NCBI GenBank assembly: GCA_027621295.1 | Contig: JAQCBR010000003.1 | Location: 6,704-70,703 of the forward strand | Direction: 5' to 3' | DNA: 64,000 nucleotides | Source: Planctomycetota bacterium | GTDB taxonomy: Bacteria > Planctomycetota > UBA1135 > UBA2386 | Shown: in pieces, positions 18,259 through 27,469 of the stretch | Layout of the letters: each line of letters begins with the position of its first letter | Position numbering within the stretch: the stretch's first letter is position 1 | The notes under the pieces: model-generated | Databases searched by the model: none | What the model was told of the DNA's origin: nothing | The model's input: only the letters and a program-made list of their open reading frames with translations | Program-made: the position numbers and the translations under genes

Positions 18259-19524
18259 ATGCGCGTCGTCTTCGTCCTCGACCCCACCACCGGCCCGGCC
18301 GGCGATCCGAGCTCCGTCCTGGCGCTCGCGTCCCGGCTGCCGGCCCGCGGGTTCCACGTCGACCTGTTCTGGTTCGGCGACCCCGAACCGGCGGGACCGG
18401 CACCCATCCCGCACCGGGGCACGAGCCCGGCGAGCCTGCCCGCAGCGGACATTCTCGTCGCGACCTCGGCCGACACCGTCGAGTTCGCGGTCGCCGCGCG
18501 CCGCGCTCCGGTGGTCCGACTGGTGACCGAAGCCGCGCCCGAAGCGGGCCGCCCGGTGCCGACGATCGTCGCCGGCGACATCGCGCGAATCGCAGGTCGC
18601 CCCCACGGCGAGCTGCACCCGATGGGACTCTGCGTCGACCCGACGACCTTCCAGCCGAAGACCGGTCCGAGACGACCCGGTCCGACCCGCATCGGCACGT
18701 TCGGCGTCGACGCCTCGACCGGCGCCGCGCTCAGGGCGACGCTGGCCGACTTCGACCTGAAGCCCGAACTCGTCCGCATCGAGGACTCGTGCCTCGTGCG
18801 CGCCGACGTTTCCCGGGCCACGCTCCTCCAGGACCTCGACCTCCTGGTCCTCGCGGGTGACGGTGACGACCGCTTCGCGGTCGAGGCGATGGCCTGCGGC
18901 GTGCCCTGCGTCCTCGGCGACACGCGGCGCGTCCGCGGCTGGCTCGGCGAACGCACGGGCGCAGCGCTCCTCGTCGACACCGCCGACGTGCGCAGCGTCG
19001 CCGAGGGGGTGGTCTTCCTCATCCGGCACCGAAGACTGCGCGACGACGTCCAGGACGCCGCGCGTCGGATCGCCGCGGGCCACGGCTGCGACCCGAGCGC
19101 CGACGACCTCGCGCAGGCGCTGACGCGGGCCGCGGAACGCGCCTGTGCAGTCTCGGTCCGCAAGACCCCCGCGCCGACCACCGAGCCCGAACGCCCGGCC
19201 ACGATCCCTGCCTCCCCGCTGGCATGGACCCAGGTCGCCGCCGAGCGCCTCGAGCGTGGGGACGCGGACGGCGCGCTCCGCGCGACCGACCGCGCGCTGG
19301 CTGCCGGCGGCACGTCGTGTCGCCTCTTCGAGGTCCGTGCCCACGCGCTCGAAGCGCTGTCCCGCGACGACGACGCGCTCCTCGCGCTCGATCTGGCGAG
19401 CGACCACCGCGACGCGTCGCCGCAGACCTTCCGCGAACTGGCGCGCCATCTGCGCCGTTGCGGCGAGGTCGCCCGCGCGCGCATCGCCGAGGACGAAGCC
19501 GCGGTGCGCGCGGCCTGCGGCTGA
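18259..19524 (+). CDS. GT-B (family 4-like) glycosyltransferase with C-terminal TPR-like region
   Basis: ADILVATS, CVDPTTF and AVEAMACGVPCV, followed by helical repeats. Start ATG 18259. Confidence 0.7.
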   Translation: MRVVFVLDPTTGPAGDPSSVLALASRLPARGFHVDLFWFGDPEPAGPAPIPHRGTSPASLPAADILVATSADTVEFAVAARRAPVVRLVTEAAPEAGRPVPTIVAGDIARIAGRPHGELHPMGLCVDPTTFQPKTGPRRPGPTRIGTFGVDASTGAALRATLADFDLKPELVRIEDSCLVRADVSRATLLQDLDLLVLAGDGDDRFAVEAMACGVPCVLGDTRRVRGWLGERTGAALLVDTADVRSVAEGVVFLIRHRRLRDDVQDAARRIAAGHGCDPSADDLAQALTRAAERACAVSVRKTPAPTTEPERPATIPASPLAWTQVAAERLERGDADGALRATDRALAAGGTSCRLFEVRAHALEALSRDDDALLALDLASDHRDASPQTFRELARHLRRCGEVARARIAEDEAAVRAACG

Positions 19525-19566
19525 GACCGACCGTCACGGCGTGTGACGAGATCGAGTCACACGCCG

Positions 19567-20544
19567 TCAGCCGGCGTCGATCGCGATCCGGAACGCGATC
19601 AGCCCGAGGTAGCCGAGCACCAGCACCGCACCCTCGGGGCGGGACATCCGACCGCCCTTGCCGAGGAACGGCACGAGCGCGAGGCTGACGACGACGAGCG
19701 CCGGCGTGTCGTAGCGGAGCAGATCGACGCTGACGGACTGCGGCACCGTGGTGCAGCTCACGCCGAGGATGCCGAGCGCGTTGAAGATGTTCGAGCCCAG
19801 CACGTTGCCGACCGCGACGTCCGACTGACCGCGGCGGGCGGCGACCAGCGAGGTGACGAGCTCCGGGGCCGAGGTGCCGAACGCGACGACGGTCAGGCCG
19901 ATGATCACGTCCGACAAGCCCAGGCGCCGCGCGATCTCGCTCGCCGACCCGACGAGGAGGTCGGCTCCGTAGACGAGCACCGCGAGGCCGCCAGCGATCA
20001 GCAGGAGTGCGACCGGCATCGACAGGCGCCGCTCGGCGGCCGGCACCGGCGGCGCGTCGAGCAGCGCCTTCATCGCGCGCTCCTCCGCGGCCTCCGCCTT
20101 GCCGACGCGGTAGCCGCGCCAGAGGAACAGACCCATCAGGCACAGGAGCAGCGCCCCGTGCAGGCGGCCGAGCCGCAGGTCCGGGCTCGTCAACGCCAGG
20201 AACGGCACGAACGCGCAGGCGATCGCGATCCGCACCTCGGTCCGGATCACCGCGTAGCGCACCGGGATCGGCTGGAGCCACGCGGTCAGACCGAGGATCA
20301 GCGCGATGTTCATCAGGTTCGAGCCGACGACGTTGCCGAGCCCGATGCCCTCACGACCCTGGAGCGCCGCGCCGAGCGTCGCCGCGAGCTCCGGCGTCGA
20401 AGTGCCGAACCCGACGATCGTCAGCCCGATGAAGAACGACGACAGCCCGAGTCGGCGCGCGATCGCGACCGAACCCCGCACGAGCGCCTCGGCGCCGACG
20501 GCGAGCAGCAGCAGTGACCCGATCAGCAGCAGCGCGGACAGCAT
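19567..20544 (-). CDS. Calcium/sodium (CaCA) antiporter, YrbG-like
   Basis: Two alpha repeats: GLTIVGFGTSTPEL...GNVVGSN and GLTVVAFGTSAPEL...GNVLGSN. Confidence 0.93.
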   Translation of the reverse strand: MLSALLLIGSLLLLAVGAEALVRGSVAIARRLGLSSFFIGLTIVGFGTSTPELAATLGAALQGREGIGLGNVVGSNLMNIALILGLTAWLQPIPVRYAVIRTEVRIAIACAFVPFLALTSPDLRLGRLHGALLLCLMGLFLWRGYRVGKAEAAEERAMKALLDAPPVPAAERRLSMPVALLLIAGGLAVLVYGADLLVGSASEIARRLGLSDVIIGLTVVAFGTSAPELVTSLVAARRGQSDVAVGNVLGSNIFNALGILGVSCTTVPQSVSVDLLRYDTPALVVVSLALVPFLGKGGRMSRPEGAVLVLGYLGLIAFRIAIDAG

Positions 20545-20567
20545 GGGCGGCGCTCGACGTAGGGAGG

Positions 20568-21686
20568 TCAGCCGGCGCTGACCGAGAACTCTCCGGAATC
20601 GTCGAGCTCGGGTCGACCGACCTCGGCGGCCAGGACCTCGAGCCCGGCACACGCACCGTCGACGTCCGCCGCGTCCCACAGCAGGGCGGCGATGCGCTCG
20701 TGGACCTCAGGGCGCGGGTCGCGCAGCACCTGCTCGGCCGGCGAGAGTTCGCCTTCGTCGACGACCCGCGTCTGCATCAGCGGGTAGGCGCGCGCCTTCT
20801 CGACGAAAGTCTCCTCCGGCATCGGTCGGTAGCGGCAGAAGAACGAGAAGTGCCACGGCAGGAAGAACATCGCCCGCTTGCGGCCCTTCTCGTCGTCACG
20901 GAAGTGCTCCTTCGCGTAGCGGACGAGGCGCAGGTAGACCTCGACCCGCTCCGCGGTGGTCGGCAGCCAGGTCCGGCCGCTCGCGCACTCCTCGAAGAGC
21001 CACGGCTTGACCAGCACACCACGGGCGAGCATCACCGCAGCACAGCCCGACTGCGCGATCCGATCCTCGGCCTCGTGCCAAGTGAGCACGTCGCCGTTCC
21101 CGACCACCGGGATGGATCGCTCCTGGACGAGCTGCCCGACGAGATCCCAGTCCGCTGCGCGGGTGTAGCGCTGCTCGCGGGTGCGGCCGTGCAGAGTGAT
21201 CATCGACGCGCCGGCCTCCTCGACGAGCCGGGCGACCTCGGGCGCGTTGATCTCGCCCTCCTTCCAGCCCGCGCGGATCTTGACCGTCACCGGCACGTCG
21301 AGCGCCTCGACCATCGCCTCGACGATGCGCGCGAGCGCGGCCGGACGCTGGAGTAGCGTCGATCCCATGCCGCGGCGGATCACGTCGTGGATCGGGCAGC
21401 CGGCGTTGATGTCGATGAAGTCCGCGCCGCGCTCGACCGCGGTCTGCGCCGCCTGGACGCCGTCCTTCGGGTTGCCGACCGCGAGCTGGACGCCGAAGCA
21501 GGGCTCGGACTCGTGACGCCGGAGCAGCGCCATCTCGGACGGGCGACGCCGGACGACCTGCTTCGCGTAGGCCATCTCGGACATCGTGACCTTGGCCCCG
21601 AAGTCGACGCAGAGCCGGCGGAACGGCAGGTTCCCGCCCTTGGTCAGCGGGGCGAGCAGGAAGCGAGGCGGGGTCCAGCGGGACAT
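20568..21686 (-). CDS. tRNA-dihydrouridine synthase, eukaryotic Dus3-like
   Basis: LAPLTKGGNLPFRRLC, FGVQL, DINAGCP, HGRTREQRYTRAADW, GNGD, ARGVLVKPWLFEE and SFFCRY. Confidence 0.9.
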   Translation of the reverse strand: MSRWTPPRFLLAPLTKGGNLPFRRLCVDFGAKVTMSEMAYAKQVVRRRPSEMALLRRHESEPCFGVQLAVGNPKDGVQAAQTAVERGADFIDINAGCPIHDVIRRGMGSTLLQRPAALARIVEAMVEALDVPVTVKIRAGWKEGEINAPEVARLVEEAGASMITLHGRTREQRYTRAADWDLVGQLVQERSIPVVGNGDVLTWHEAEDRIAQSGCAAVMLARGVLVKPWLFEECASGRTWLPTTAERVEVYLRLVRYAKEHFRDDEKGRKRAMFFLPWHFSFFCRYRPMPEETFVEKARAYPLMQTRVVDEGELSPAEQVLRDPRPEVHERIAALLWDAADVDGACAGLEVLAAEVGRPELDDSGEFSVSAG

Positions 21687-21746
21687 GGGGGCGAAGAGCG
21701 TAGCGAGGGCCGGCCGCGAAACACGGGACTGGTCCGGCTCAGGCCG

Positions 21747-22199
21747 TCAGCCCCGGTTGAGCCAGAACAACCCGGCGTTCAGCCAGGTCGCGTAGCCGAC
21801 CCAGCACGCATAGGGCACGAGCAGCCACGCGGCCATCGCCGAGACCGCCCGGGCGGTCCGCACCAACAGCACGAGGATCGGCAGCAGGACCGTGAGGTCG
21901 ACGAGCGCCCAGCCGAGCTGGTGGAGCCCGAAGCACAGCCACGACCACGCGGCGTTCAGGAGGAGCTGCGCCGCGTACAGGCCGAGCGCCCGGGAACGGG
22001 CCGCACCGGCCGCGGCGCGCCAGAGCCGCGCGCCGGCCACCGCGATCCCCAAGTACAGCGCGGTCCAGACGGGTCCGAACACCCAAGGTGGCGGGGTCCC
22101 CAGCGGCTTCTCGAGGCCGGAGTACCAGTCGCCGGGTGGGAACAGCGCGCCGGTCGTCGCGACGCCGAACACGAGCAGCAGGAAGTAGACGTAGGTCAT
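21747..22199 (-). CDS. tspO: TspO/MBR family tryptophan-rich sensory protein
   Basis: WY..LEKP...PP.WVFGPVWT.LY, QL.LN.AWS and PY..WV.YA..LN. Start ATG 22199. Confidence 0.95.
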   Translation of the reverse strand: MTYVYFLLLVFGVATTGALFPPGDWYSGLEKPLGTPPPWVFGPVWTALYLGIAVAGARLWRAAAGAARSRALGLYAAQLLLNAAWSWLCFGLHQLGWALVDLTVLLPILVLLVRTARAVSAMAAWLLVPYACWVGYATWLNAGLFWLNRG

Positions 22200-22927
22200 C
22201 GCGTATGTCTCTCTGCGTCGTCCGGGCGACGCACCGAGAGGAACCCGATCGGGTCCCCGACGATCGCCGACTCGACGAGGACGTCGTCGGCCTCGACCGT
22301 GACGCCGAGGCGGTCGGCCGCCCGCAGCAGCCACGGCACCTCCTCGACGGTCGTCGTGAACACCGACTGCGGGCCGGTCGCCGCCAGCAGCGCGTCGAGG
22401 AGCGCTTCGATCGCCGCACGCTCGCGGGTGAACGCGTCGACGTCCAGCAGGGCCGGGGGCATCCGGCCGTAGCCGACCGCGCTGACCTGGGGCCAGGTCT
22501 CCGGATCGGTCAGGACGCTGACCATCGACACGTGGTCGAGGACGCCAGCCCCGGACGCGGCAGCTCCGGCGTCCTCCGCGACGACCGTGACCGATCCGGC
22601 GAGACCGACTTCGGTGAGGCCGGCGGCGAGGAGCCGGCACTCGGCGGCGCGGAGGTTCGCTATGCGAATGGTCCGCCCCCGCTCGACGACCTCGGCGACG
22701 ACGGCGGGCAGGTCGGCCACGCCCCCACCGGCGTAGAGGCTCGAGCCGCCGGCGGCGAGCCGCGGGAGCAGCGCGTCCGCCCAGCGCAGACCGAGTCGCA
22801 GCGCCTTGCCCCGGTGCTCCGCCCAGAACGCCTCCCCGCCCTCGTCGCAGTACACGTCGCCGAGCGCCCGCCAATCGAGCGCCCGGAACAGGTGCCGAAG
22901 CACCCGATCGGTTTCCGAACGGCCCAT
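22196..22927 (-). CDS. Hypothetical protein, possible degenerate class I SAM-methyltransferase fold
   Basis: Start ATG 22927. SLYAGGGVADL resembles motif I and LDHVSMVSVL resembles motif IV. Overlaps the tspO start. Confidence 0.5.
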   Translation of the reverse strand: MGRSETDRVLRHLFRALDWRALGDVYCDEGGEAFWAEHRGKALRLGLRWADALLPRLAAGGSSLYAGGGVADLPAVVAEVVERGRTIRIANLRAAECRLLAAGLTEVGLAGSVTVVAEDAGAAASGAGVLDHVSMVSVLTDPETWPQVSAVGYGRMPPALLDVDAFTRERAAIEALLDALLAATGPQSVFTTTVEEVPWLLRAADRLGVTVEADDVLVESAIVGDPIGFLSVRRPDDAERHTR

Positions 22928-22985
22928 TGCAGATTCCTTGTCCACGCTTTTGCCGATTCTGATCTGCGGGCCTACCCTGCGCACC

Positions 22986-23591
22986 ATGATCCTGGGTTCG
23001 ATCGTGCTGGCAGGAGGAAGCAGCTCACGGATGGGCACTTCCAAGGCCGGGCTCGCCTGGGGTGATCGGACGCTGCTCCTGCACACGGTCGAGATGCTGC
23101 TCGACTTCACGTATCCGGTCGCGGTCGTGTCCCGTGACCAGGACTTCGAGCTGCCGCCGCTGCACACCGAGTGTGACCTGATCTTCGACCAGGACCCGGG
23201 TGGCGGACCGCTGCAGGCGATCGAGACCGGGATGGCCTACGTGTTCAGCCGCTGCGACGCAGTGCTCGTCGCGAGCTGTGACCTGCCGTTCCTCGACGGC
23301 AAGGCCGTCGAATGGTTGGCCGATCAGCTCGGCGACCACACCGGCGTGATCCCGGTCGTCGACGGCAAGCCGCAGCCGCTGTGCGGCATCTACAGCGAGC
23401 GCGCGCTGCCCAAGATCCGCGAGCTGGTCCAGGGCGGCGAGCGGCGAGCCCTCGCGCTCGCCGAACTCCCCGGCATCCAGCTGCTGTCCGAGGAGAAGTG
23501 CCGCGCGTTCGACCCGGAGCTGCGCTTCCTCCGCGACATCGACACGCCCGAGGACTACGAGAACGCACGGCGCGACGCCGGGCAGGCGTAG
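22986..23591 (+). CDS. mobA: Molybdenum cofactor guanylyltransferase
   Basis: VLAGGSSSRMGTSKA, GGPL.AI, CDLPF, QPLCGIY and DIDTPED. Confidence 0.9.
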   Translation: MILGSIVLAGGSSSRMGTSKAGLAWGDRTLLLHTVEMLLDFTYPVAVVSRDQDFELPPLHTECDLIFDQDPGGGPLQAIETGMAYVFSRCDAVLVASCDLPFLDGKAVEWLADQLGDHTGVIPVVDGKPQPLCGIYSERALPKIRELVQGGERRALALAELPGIQLLSEEKCRAFDPELRFLRDIDTPEDYENARRDAGQA

Positions 23592-23639
23592 CGGGGCGCC
23601 ATCGGGGCGCTGGAACCAATCGGAGCGCTGGGACCTGCG

Positions 23640-24419
23640 ATGCGCGTGACGATCCTGGGTTCGGGCACCGCGGTGCCGAACGCCGACCGCTTCCCGGCCG
23701 GCTACCTCGTCGCGGACGGTGGGACGCGCGTGCTCGTCGATCTGGGGCCCGGCGTCCTGCGCCGCGCGGCCGCGTGCGGCATCGACCTCGGCGACATCGA
23801 CGCCGTGCTGCTGACCCACTTCCACACCGACCACTGCGCGGACCTCGCGGCGCTCCTGTTCGGACTCCGCAGCCCCCGCTACGAGGGCCGGCGGCCGCTG
23901 CTCGTCGCGGGCGCCCACGGGCTCGCCGAGCTGCTCGGCCATCTGACCGCCGCCTGGCCCTGGCTGTCCCCGCGCGGCTTCGAGCTCGAGGTGCGGGAGA
24001 TCGGCGAGGGGGGCCACGAGATCGCAGGACTCCGGGTCGAGGCGGTCCGGGTCGAACACACCGACGCGAGCCTCGGCTACCGGGTGACCGGCTCGAACGG
24101 GGCGGTCGCCGCGTTCAGCGGCGACGCGGTGTACTGCCCAGCGCTCGTGCCGCTCGCCCGCGGCGCCGAGCTCTTCATCTGCGACAGCGCGTTCCCCGGC
24201 GCATTGCCCGGCCCCGGGCACATGACCCCGGCCGAGGCCGGGCGGGCCGCCGCAGCCGCGGGCGTCCACACGCTCGTCCCGACCCACTTCTACCCGGAGT
24301 GCGACGGCCACGACCTGGAGGCCGAGGCCCGCGCCGAGTTCACGGGTGAGGTGGTGCTGGCCCGGGATCTGCTGTCGTTCGAGCTTGCGCCGGGCCGTGT
24401 CGGCCACGCCGAATCTTGA
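23640..24419 (+). CDS. MBL-fold metallo-hydrolase (RNase Z/BN-like)
   Basis: ILGSG, LVDLGPG, THFHTDH, FSGD, HMTP..AG and PTHFYP. Confidence 0.88.
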   Translation: MRVTILGSGTAVPNADRFPAGYLVADGGTRVLVDLGPGVLRRAAACGIDLGDIDAVLLTHFHTDHCADLAALLFGLRSPRYEGRRPLLVAGAHGLAELLGHLTAAWPWLSPRGFELEVREIGEGGHEIAGLRVEAVRVEHTDASLGYRVTGSNGAVAAFSGDAVYCPALVPLARGAELFICDSAFPGALPGPGHMTPAEAGRAAAAAGVHTLVPTHFYPECDGHDLEAEARAEFTGEVVLARDLLSFELAPGRVGHAES

Positions 24420-24537
24420 AACCGGGCGCGCAGCGGCGAATCCTCTTCGCCCCACGAATTCCGGCGCTCCCCCTCCCGGACGGGAGCGGACGACGCGCGC
24501 CGGGCGTTCCGAACCCAACCGAGAAACCGCCGCCATC

Positions 24538-26469
24538 ATGACCACGCAACGAGCCGAACAGCACGCGTTCGCCGCCGAGGTCGACCAAGTCCTGTCGATC
24601 GTCGTCAACTCGCTCTACAGCCACCGGGAGGTCTTCCTCCGCGAGCTGATCAGCAACGCGAGTGATGCGCTCGACAAGCTGTCGTTCGAAGCGCTGACCG
24701 ACGCGTCGCTCCTGGGAGACGACAAGCAGCTCCGCATCGAGATCGAGGTCGACGAAGAGAAGAAGACGCTGACGATCCGCGACAACGGCGTCGGCATGTC
24801 GCACGACGAGCTCGTCCAGAACCTGGGGACGATCGCGCGTTCGGGCAGCCGGCAGCTGATGAACGCCCTCGCCGCCAAGGGTGGCAAGGACGAGAACCTG
24901 TCGCTGATCGGCCAGTTCGGCGTCGGCTTCTACTCGGCGTTCCTGGTCGCGGATCGCGTCGTCGTCACGTCGCGCCGCGTTGGCAGCGACGAGGCGTGGC
25001 GCTGGGAGAGCGAAGCCAAGGACGGCTTCACGATCGAGCCCACGACCCGCGACGCCCGCGGCACCGAGATCGTCCTCCACCTGAAGGACGACGCGGACGA
25101 CTTCATGCGCTCCTGGGAGGTCCGGAACCTCATCCGCAAGTACTCGGACTACGTCCGTCACCCGATCCGGATGAAGACCGAGACCGAGGAGGACGGCGAG
25201 AAGAAGACCGACTGGGAGACCGTCAACCAAGCCAGCGCGCTCTGGACCCGCCCCAGGTCGGAGGTCACCGACGAGCAGTACGCCGAGTTCTACAAGCACC
25301 TCGGCCACGACTGGAACGACCCGCTGGCCTGGACCCACTTCAAGGTCGAGGGCACGCAGGAGATGACCGGTCTGCTGTTCGTGCCGAGCCAGGCGCCGAT
25401 GGACCTGTTCGAGAAGACGAGCCGCGGCGTGAAGCTGTTCGTCAAGCGGGTCTTCATCATGGAGGACTGCGAGGAGCTGCTGCCCGAGTGGCTGCGCTTC
25501 ATGCGCGGCGTCGTCGACAGCGAGGACCTGCCGCTCAACGTGTCCCGCGAGTTGCTCCAGCAGGACCGCGCGACCCGCGCGATCCGCAAGCAGGTCATCA
25601 AGAAGTCGCTGTCCCTGCTCCAGGAACTCGCCGACGAGGGCGTGACGAAGACCCAGGAAGAGGGCGAGGACGGCGAGAAGAAGGAAGTCGAGCGCAACCG
25701 CTACGAGACCTTCTGGAAGGCGTTCGGCCGTGTCCTCAAGGAAGGCATCCACTTCGACCCGGAGCACAAGGACGAGATCGCCGCGCTGCTCCGCTTCGAG
25801 TCGACGCGCGAGGAAGGCCTGACCTCGCTGCACGACTACCTCGGCCGGATGCAGCCCGACCAGCCGGGCATCTACTACGTCACGGGCGACGGCCTGTCCG
25901 CCTGCCGCAACAGCCCGCACCTCGAGGCCCTCAAGGCCCGCGGCTACGAGGTGCTCTACATGGCCGACCCGATCGACGAGTGGGTCCTGCAGCGCCTCGA
26001 GGAGTTCGAGGAGAAGAAGCTGATCTCCGCCGCGAAGGGCGCGCTCGACCTCCCGGAGTCGGAGGAGGAGAAGAAGGCGCACGAGGAGCAGGAGAAGCAG
26101 CTCGAGGGCCTGGTCGGCAGCGTGAAGGAAGCGCTCGGCGACAAGGTCAAGGACGTGCGGCTCTCGCACCGCCTCAAGGACTCGCCGGCCTGCCTCGTCA
26201 GCGAGGAGTGGGACATGAGCCCGCACCTCGAGCGCATCCTGCGCGCGAACGGCCAGCAGGTCCCGGACCAGAAGCGGACGCTCGAGCTCAACCCGAACCA
26301 CCCGGTGGTCCAGGCCCTCGACAAGATGGCGACCGACGGCTCGCCCGACCTCGGCTCGTGGAGCTCGATGCTCTACGACCAGGCTCTCCTCGCGGAAGGC
26401 ACGATGCCGAAGGACCCGGCCGCCTTCGCCCGTCAGGTCGCCGACCTGATGCAGAAGGCCGCGCGCTGA
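24538..26469 (+). CDS. htpG: Molecular chaperone HtpG (Hsp90)
   Basis: SLYS..EVFLRELISNASDA, DNGVGM, IGQFGVGFYSAF and GVVDSEDLPLNVSRE. Start ATG 24538. Confidence 0.98.
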   Translation: MTTQRAEQHAFAAEVDQVLSIVVNSLYSHREVFLRELISNASDALDKLSFEALTDASLLGDDKQLRIEIEVDEEKKTLTIRDNGVGMSHDELVQNLGTIARSGSRQLMNALAAKGGKDENLSLIGQFGVGFYSAFLVADRVVVTSRRVGSDEAWRWESEAKDGFTIEPTTRDARGTEIVLHLKDDADDFMRSWEVRNLIRKYSDYVRHPIRMKTETEEDGEKKTDWETVNQASALWTRPRSEVTDEQYAEFYKHLGHDWNDPLAWTHFKVEGTQEMTGLLFVPSQAPMDLFEKTSRGVKLFVKRVFIMEDCEELLPEWLRFMRGVVDSEDLPLNVSRELLQQDRATRAIRKQVIKKSLSLLQELADEGVTKTQEEGEDGEKKEVERNRYETFWKAFGRVLKEGIHFDPEHKDEIAALLRFESTREEGLTSLHDYLGRMQPDQPGIYYVTGDGLSACRNSPHLEALKARGYEVLYMADPIDEWVLQRLEEFEEKKLISAAKGALDLPESEEEKKAHEEQEKQLEGLVGSVKEALGDKVKDVRLSHRLKDSPACLVSEEWDMSPHLERILRANGQQVPDQKRTLELNPNHPVVQALDKMATDGSPDLGSWSSMLYDQALLAEGTMPKDPAAFARQVADLMQKAAR

Positions 26470-26481
26470 TCCGCGAGAGCG

Positions 26482-27414
26482 TCAGCGGCGCGGGGCCACC
26501 GAGCGTGGCCTCGCGCCGACCAGCGCCACGCCCAGCAGCACGAGCCCGGCACTGCCGGCCGTGCCCGCGGTCAGCTCCTCGCCCCGCACCGCCCAGCCGA
26601 GCGCGAGCGCGACGATCGGCGTCACGTAGGTGATGACGCTGAGCCGCGTGACCTCGGCGTAGCGCAGCAGCCAGTAGTAGAGCGTGAAGGTCAGACAGGT
26701 CCCGACCACCGCGAGGTAGGCGATGCTGCCGAGCGCCGCGGGCGTCCAGCGCGGCGTCGCATCCCGTTCGAACACGAGCGCCGCCAGGAGCAGCAGGAGC
26801 GCACCGAGCCCCATCGCGTTGCGGTTCAGCAGCGCCGAGCTGTGGCGCGTGCCCCAGAGCTTCACGCAGGTCTGCCCCACCACCGAGACCAGCGGGCTCA
26901 CCAGGAGGAGGAGCGCCGCACCCATCGGGCCGAGGAGCTCCCCTTCGCCCGCCGCGAAGTCCGAGACGTCCGTCCCGAACAGGAAGCAGGTGCCGACGAA
27001 GCCGAGCAGCAGACCCGTGAGCTGCCGAACGCCCAGCCGCTCGCCGAGCACGAAGTGACCGGGCACGGCGGCCATCAGCGGGAACACCGCCCAGAGGACG
27101 GCGACGAGGCCGGAAGGCAGCACGGTCTCGGTCACGTAGACGATCGCGTAGCTGACCGCGAAGTTCAGAGTGCCGACCACGATCCAGAGCCGCGGCGGCG
27201 GTGTTCCACCGCCCTCCCGGCGCGCGAGTCGCGGAGCGGCGAAGCACATCACCGCGAATGCGAGCGCGAACCGGACCCCCGCCGAGGTCAATGGCGGCAG
27301 GTCGTCGAGCCCCTCCTGGATGACGAGCCAAGTGCTGCCCCAGATCAGGCACAGCAGCGCGACGAGGACCCGGATCAGCGCTGGGCCGGGCGGCGTATCG
27401 GGGAGGAGCGGCAA
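26482..27414 (-). CDS. EamA/DMT family transporter
   Basis: LIWGSTWLVI, RFALA, two EamA repeats, about 10 TM segments. Start uncertain (TTG 27414 chosen). Confidence 0.88.
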   Translation of the reverse strand: MPLLPDTPPGPALIRVLVALLCLIWGSTWLVIQEGLDDLPPLTSAGVRFALAFAVMCFAAPRLARREGGGTPPPRLWIVVGTLNFAVSYAIVYVTETVLPSGLVAVLWAVFPLMAAVPGHFVLGERLGVRQLTGLLLGFVGTCFLFGTDVSDFAAGEGELLGPMGAALLLLVSPLVSVVGQTCVKLWGTRHSSALLNRNAMGLGALLLLLAALVFERDATPRWTPAALGSIAYLAVVGTCLTFTLYYWLLRYAEVTRLSVITYVTPIVALALGWAVRGEELTAGTAGSAGLVLLGVALVGARPRSVAPRR

Positions 27415-27469
27415 GGGCGGGAGTCGTAGCGGCGCTCCTCGGCCCCGTCCACCGCAGAACCGACGCCCT

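Noticed and set aside
24415-24445. CTTGAAA upstream of htpG as a sigma-32 promoter
   Set aside because: The -35 element matches but there is no CCCCAT -10 at the right spacing and no CIRCE repeat, so support is insufficient.
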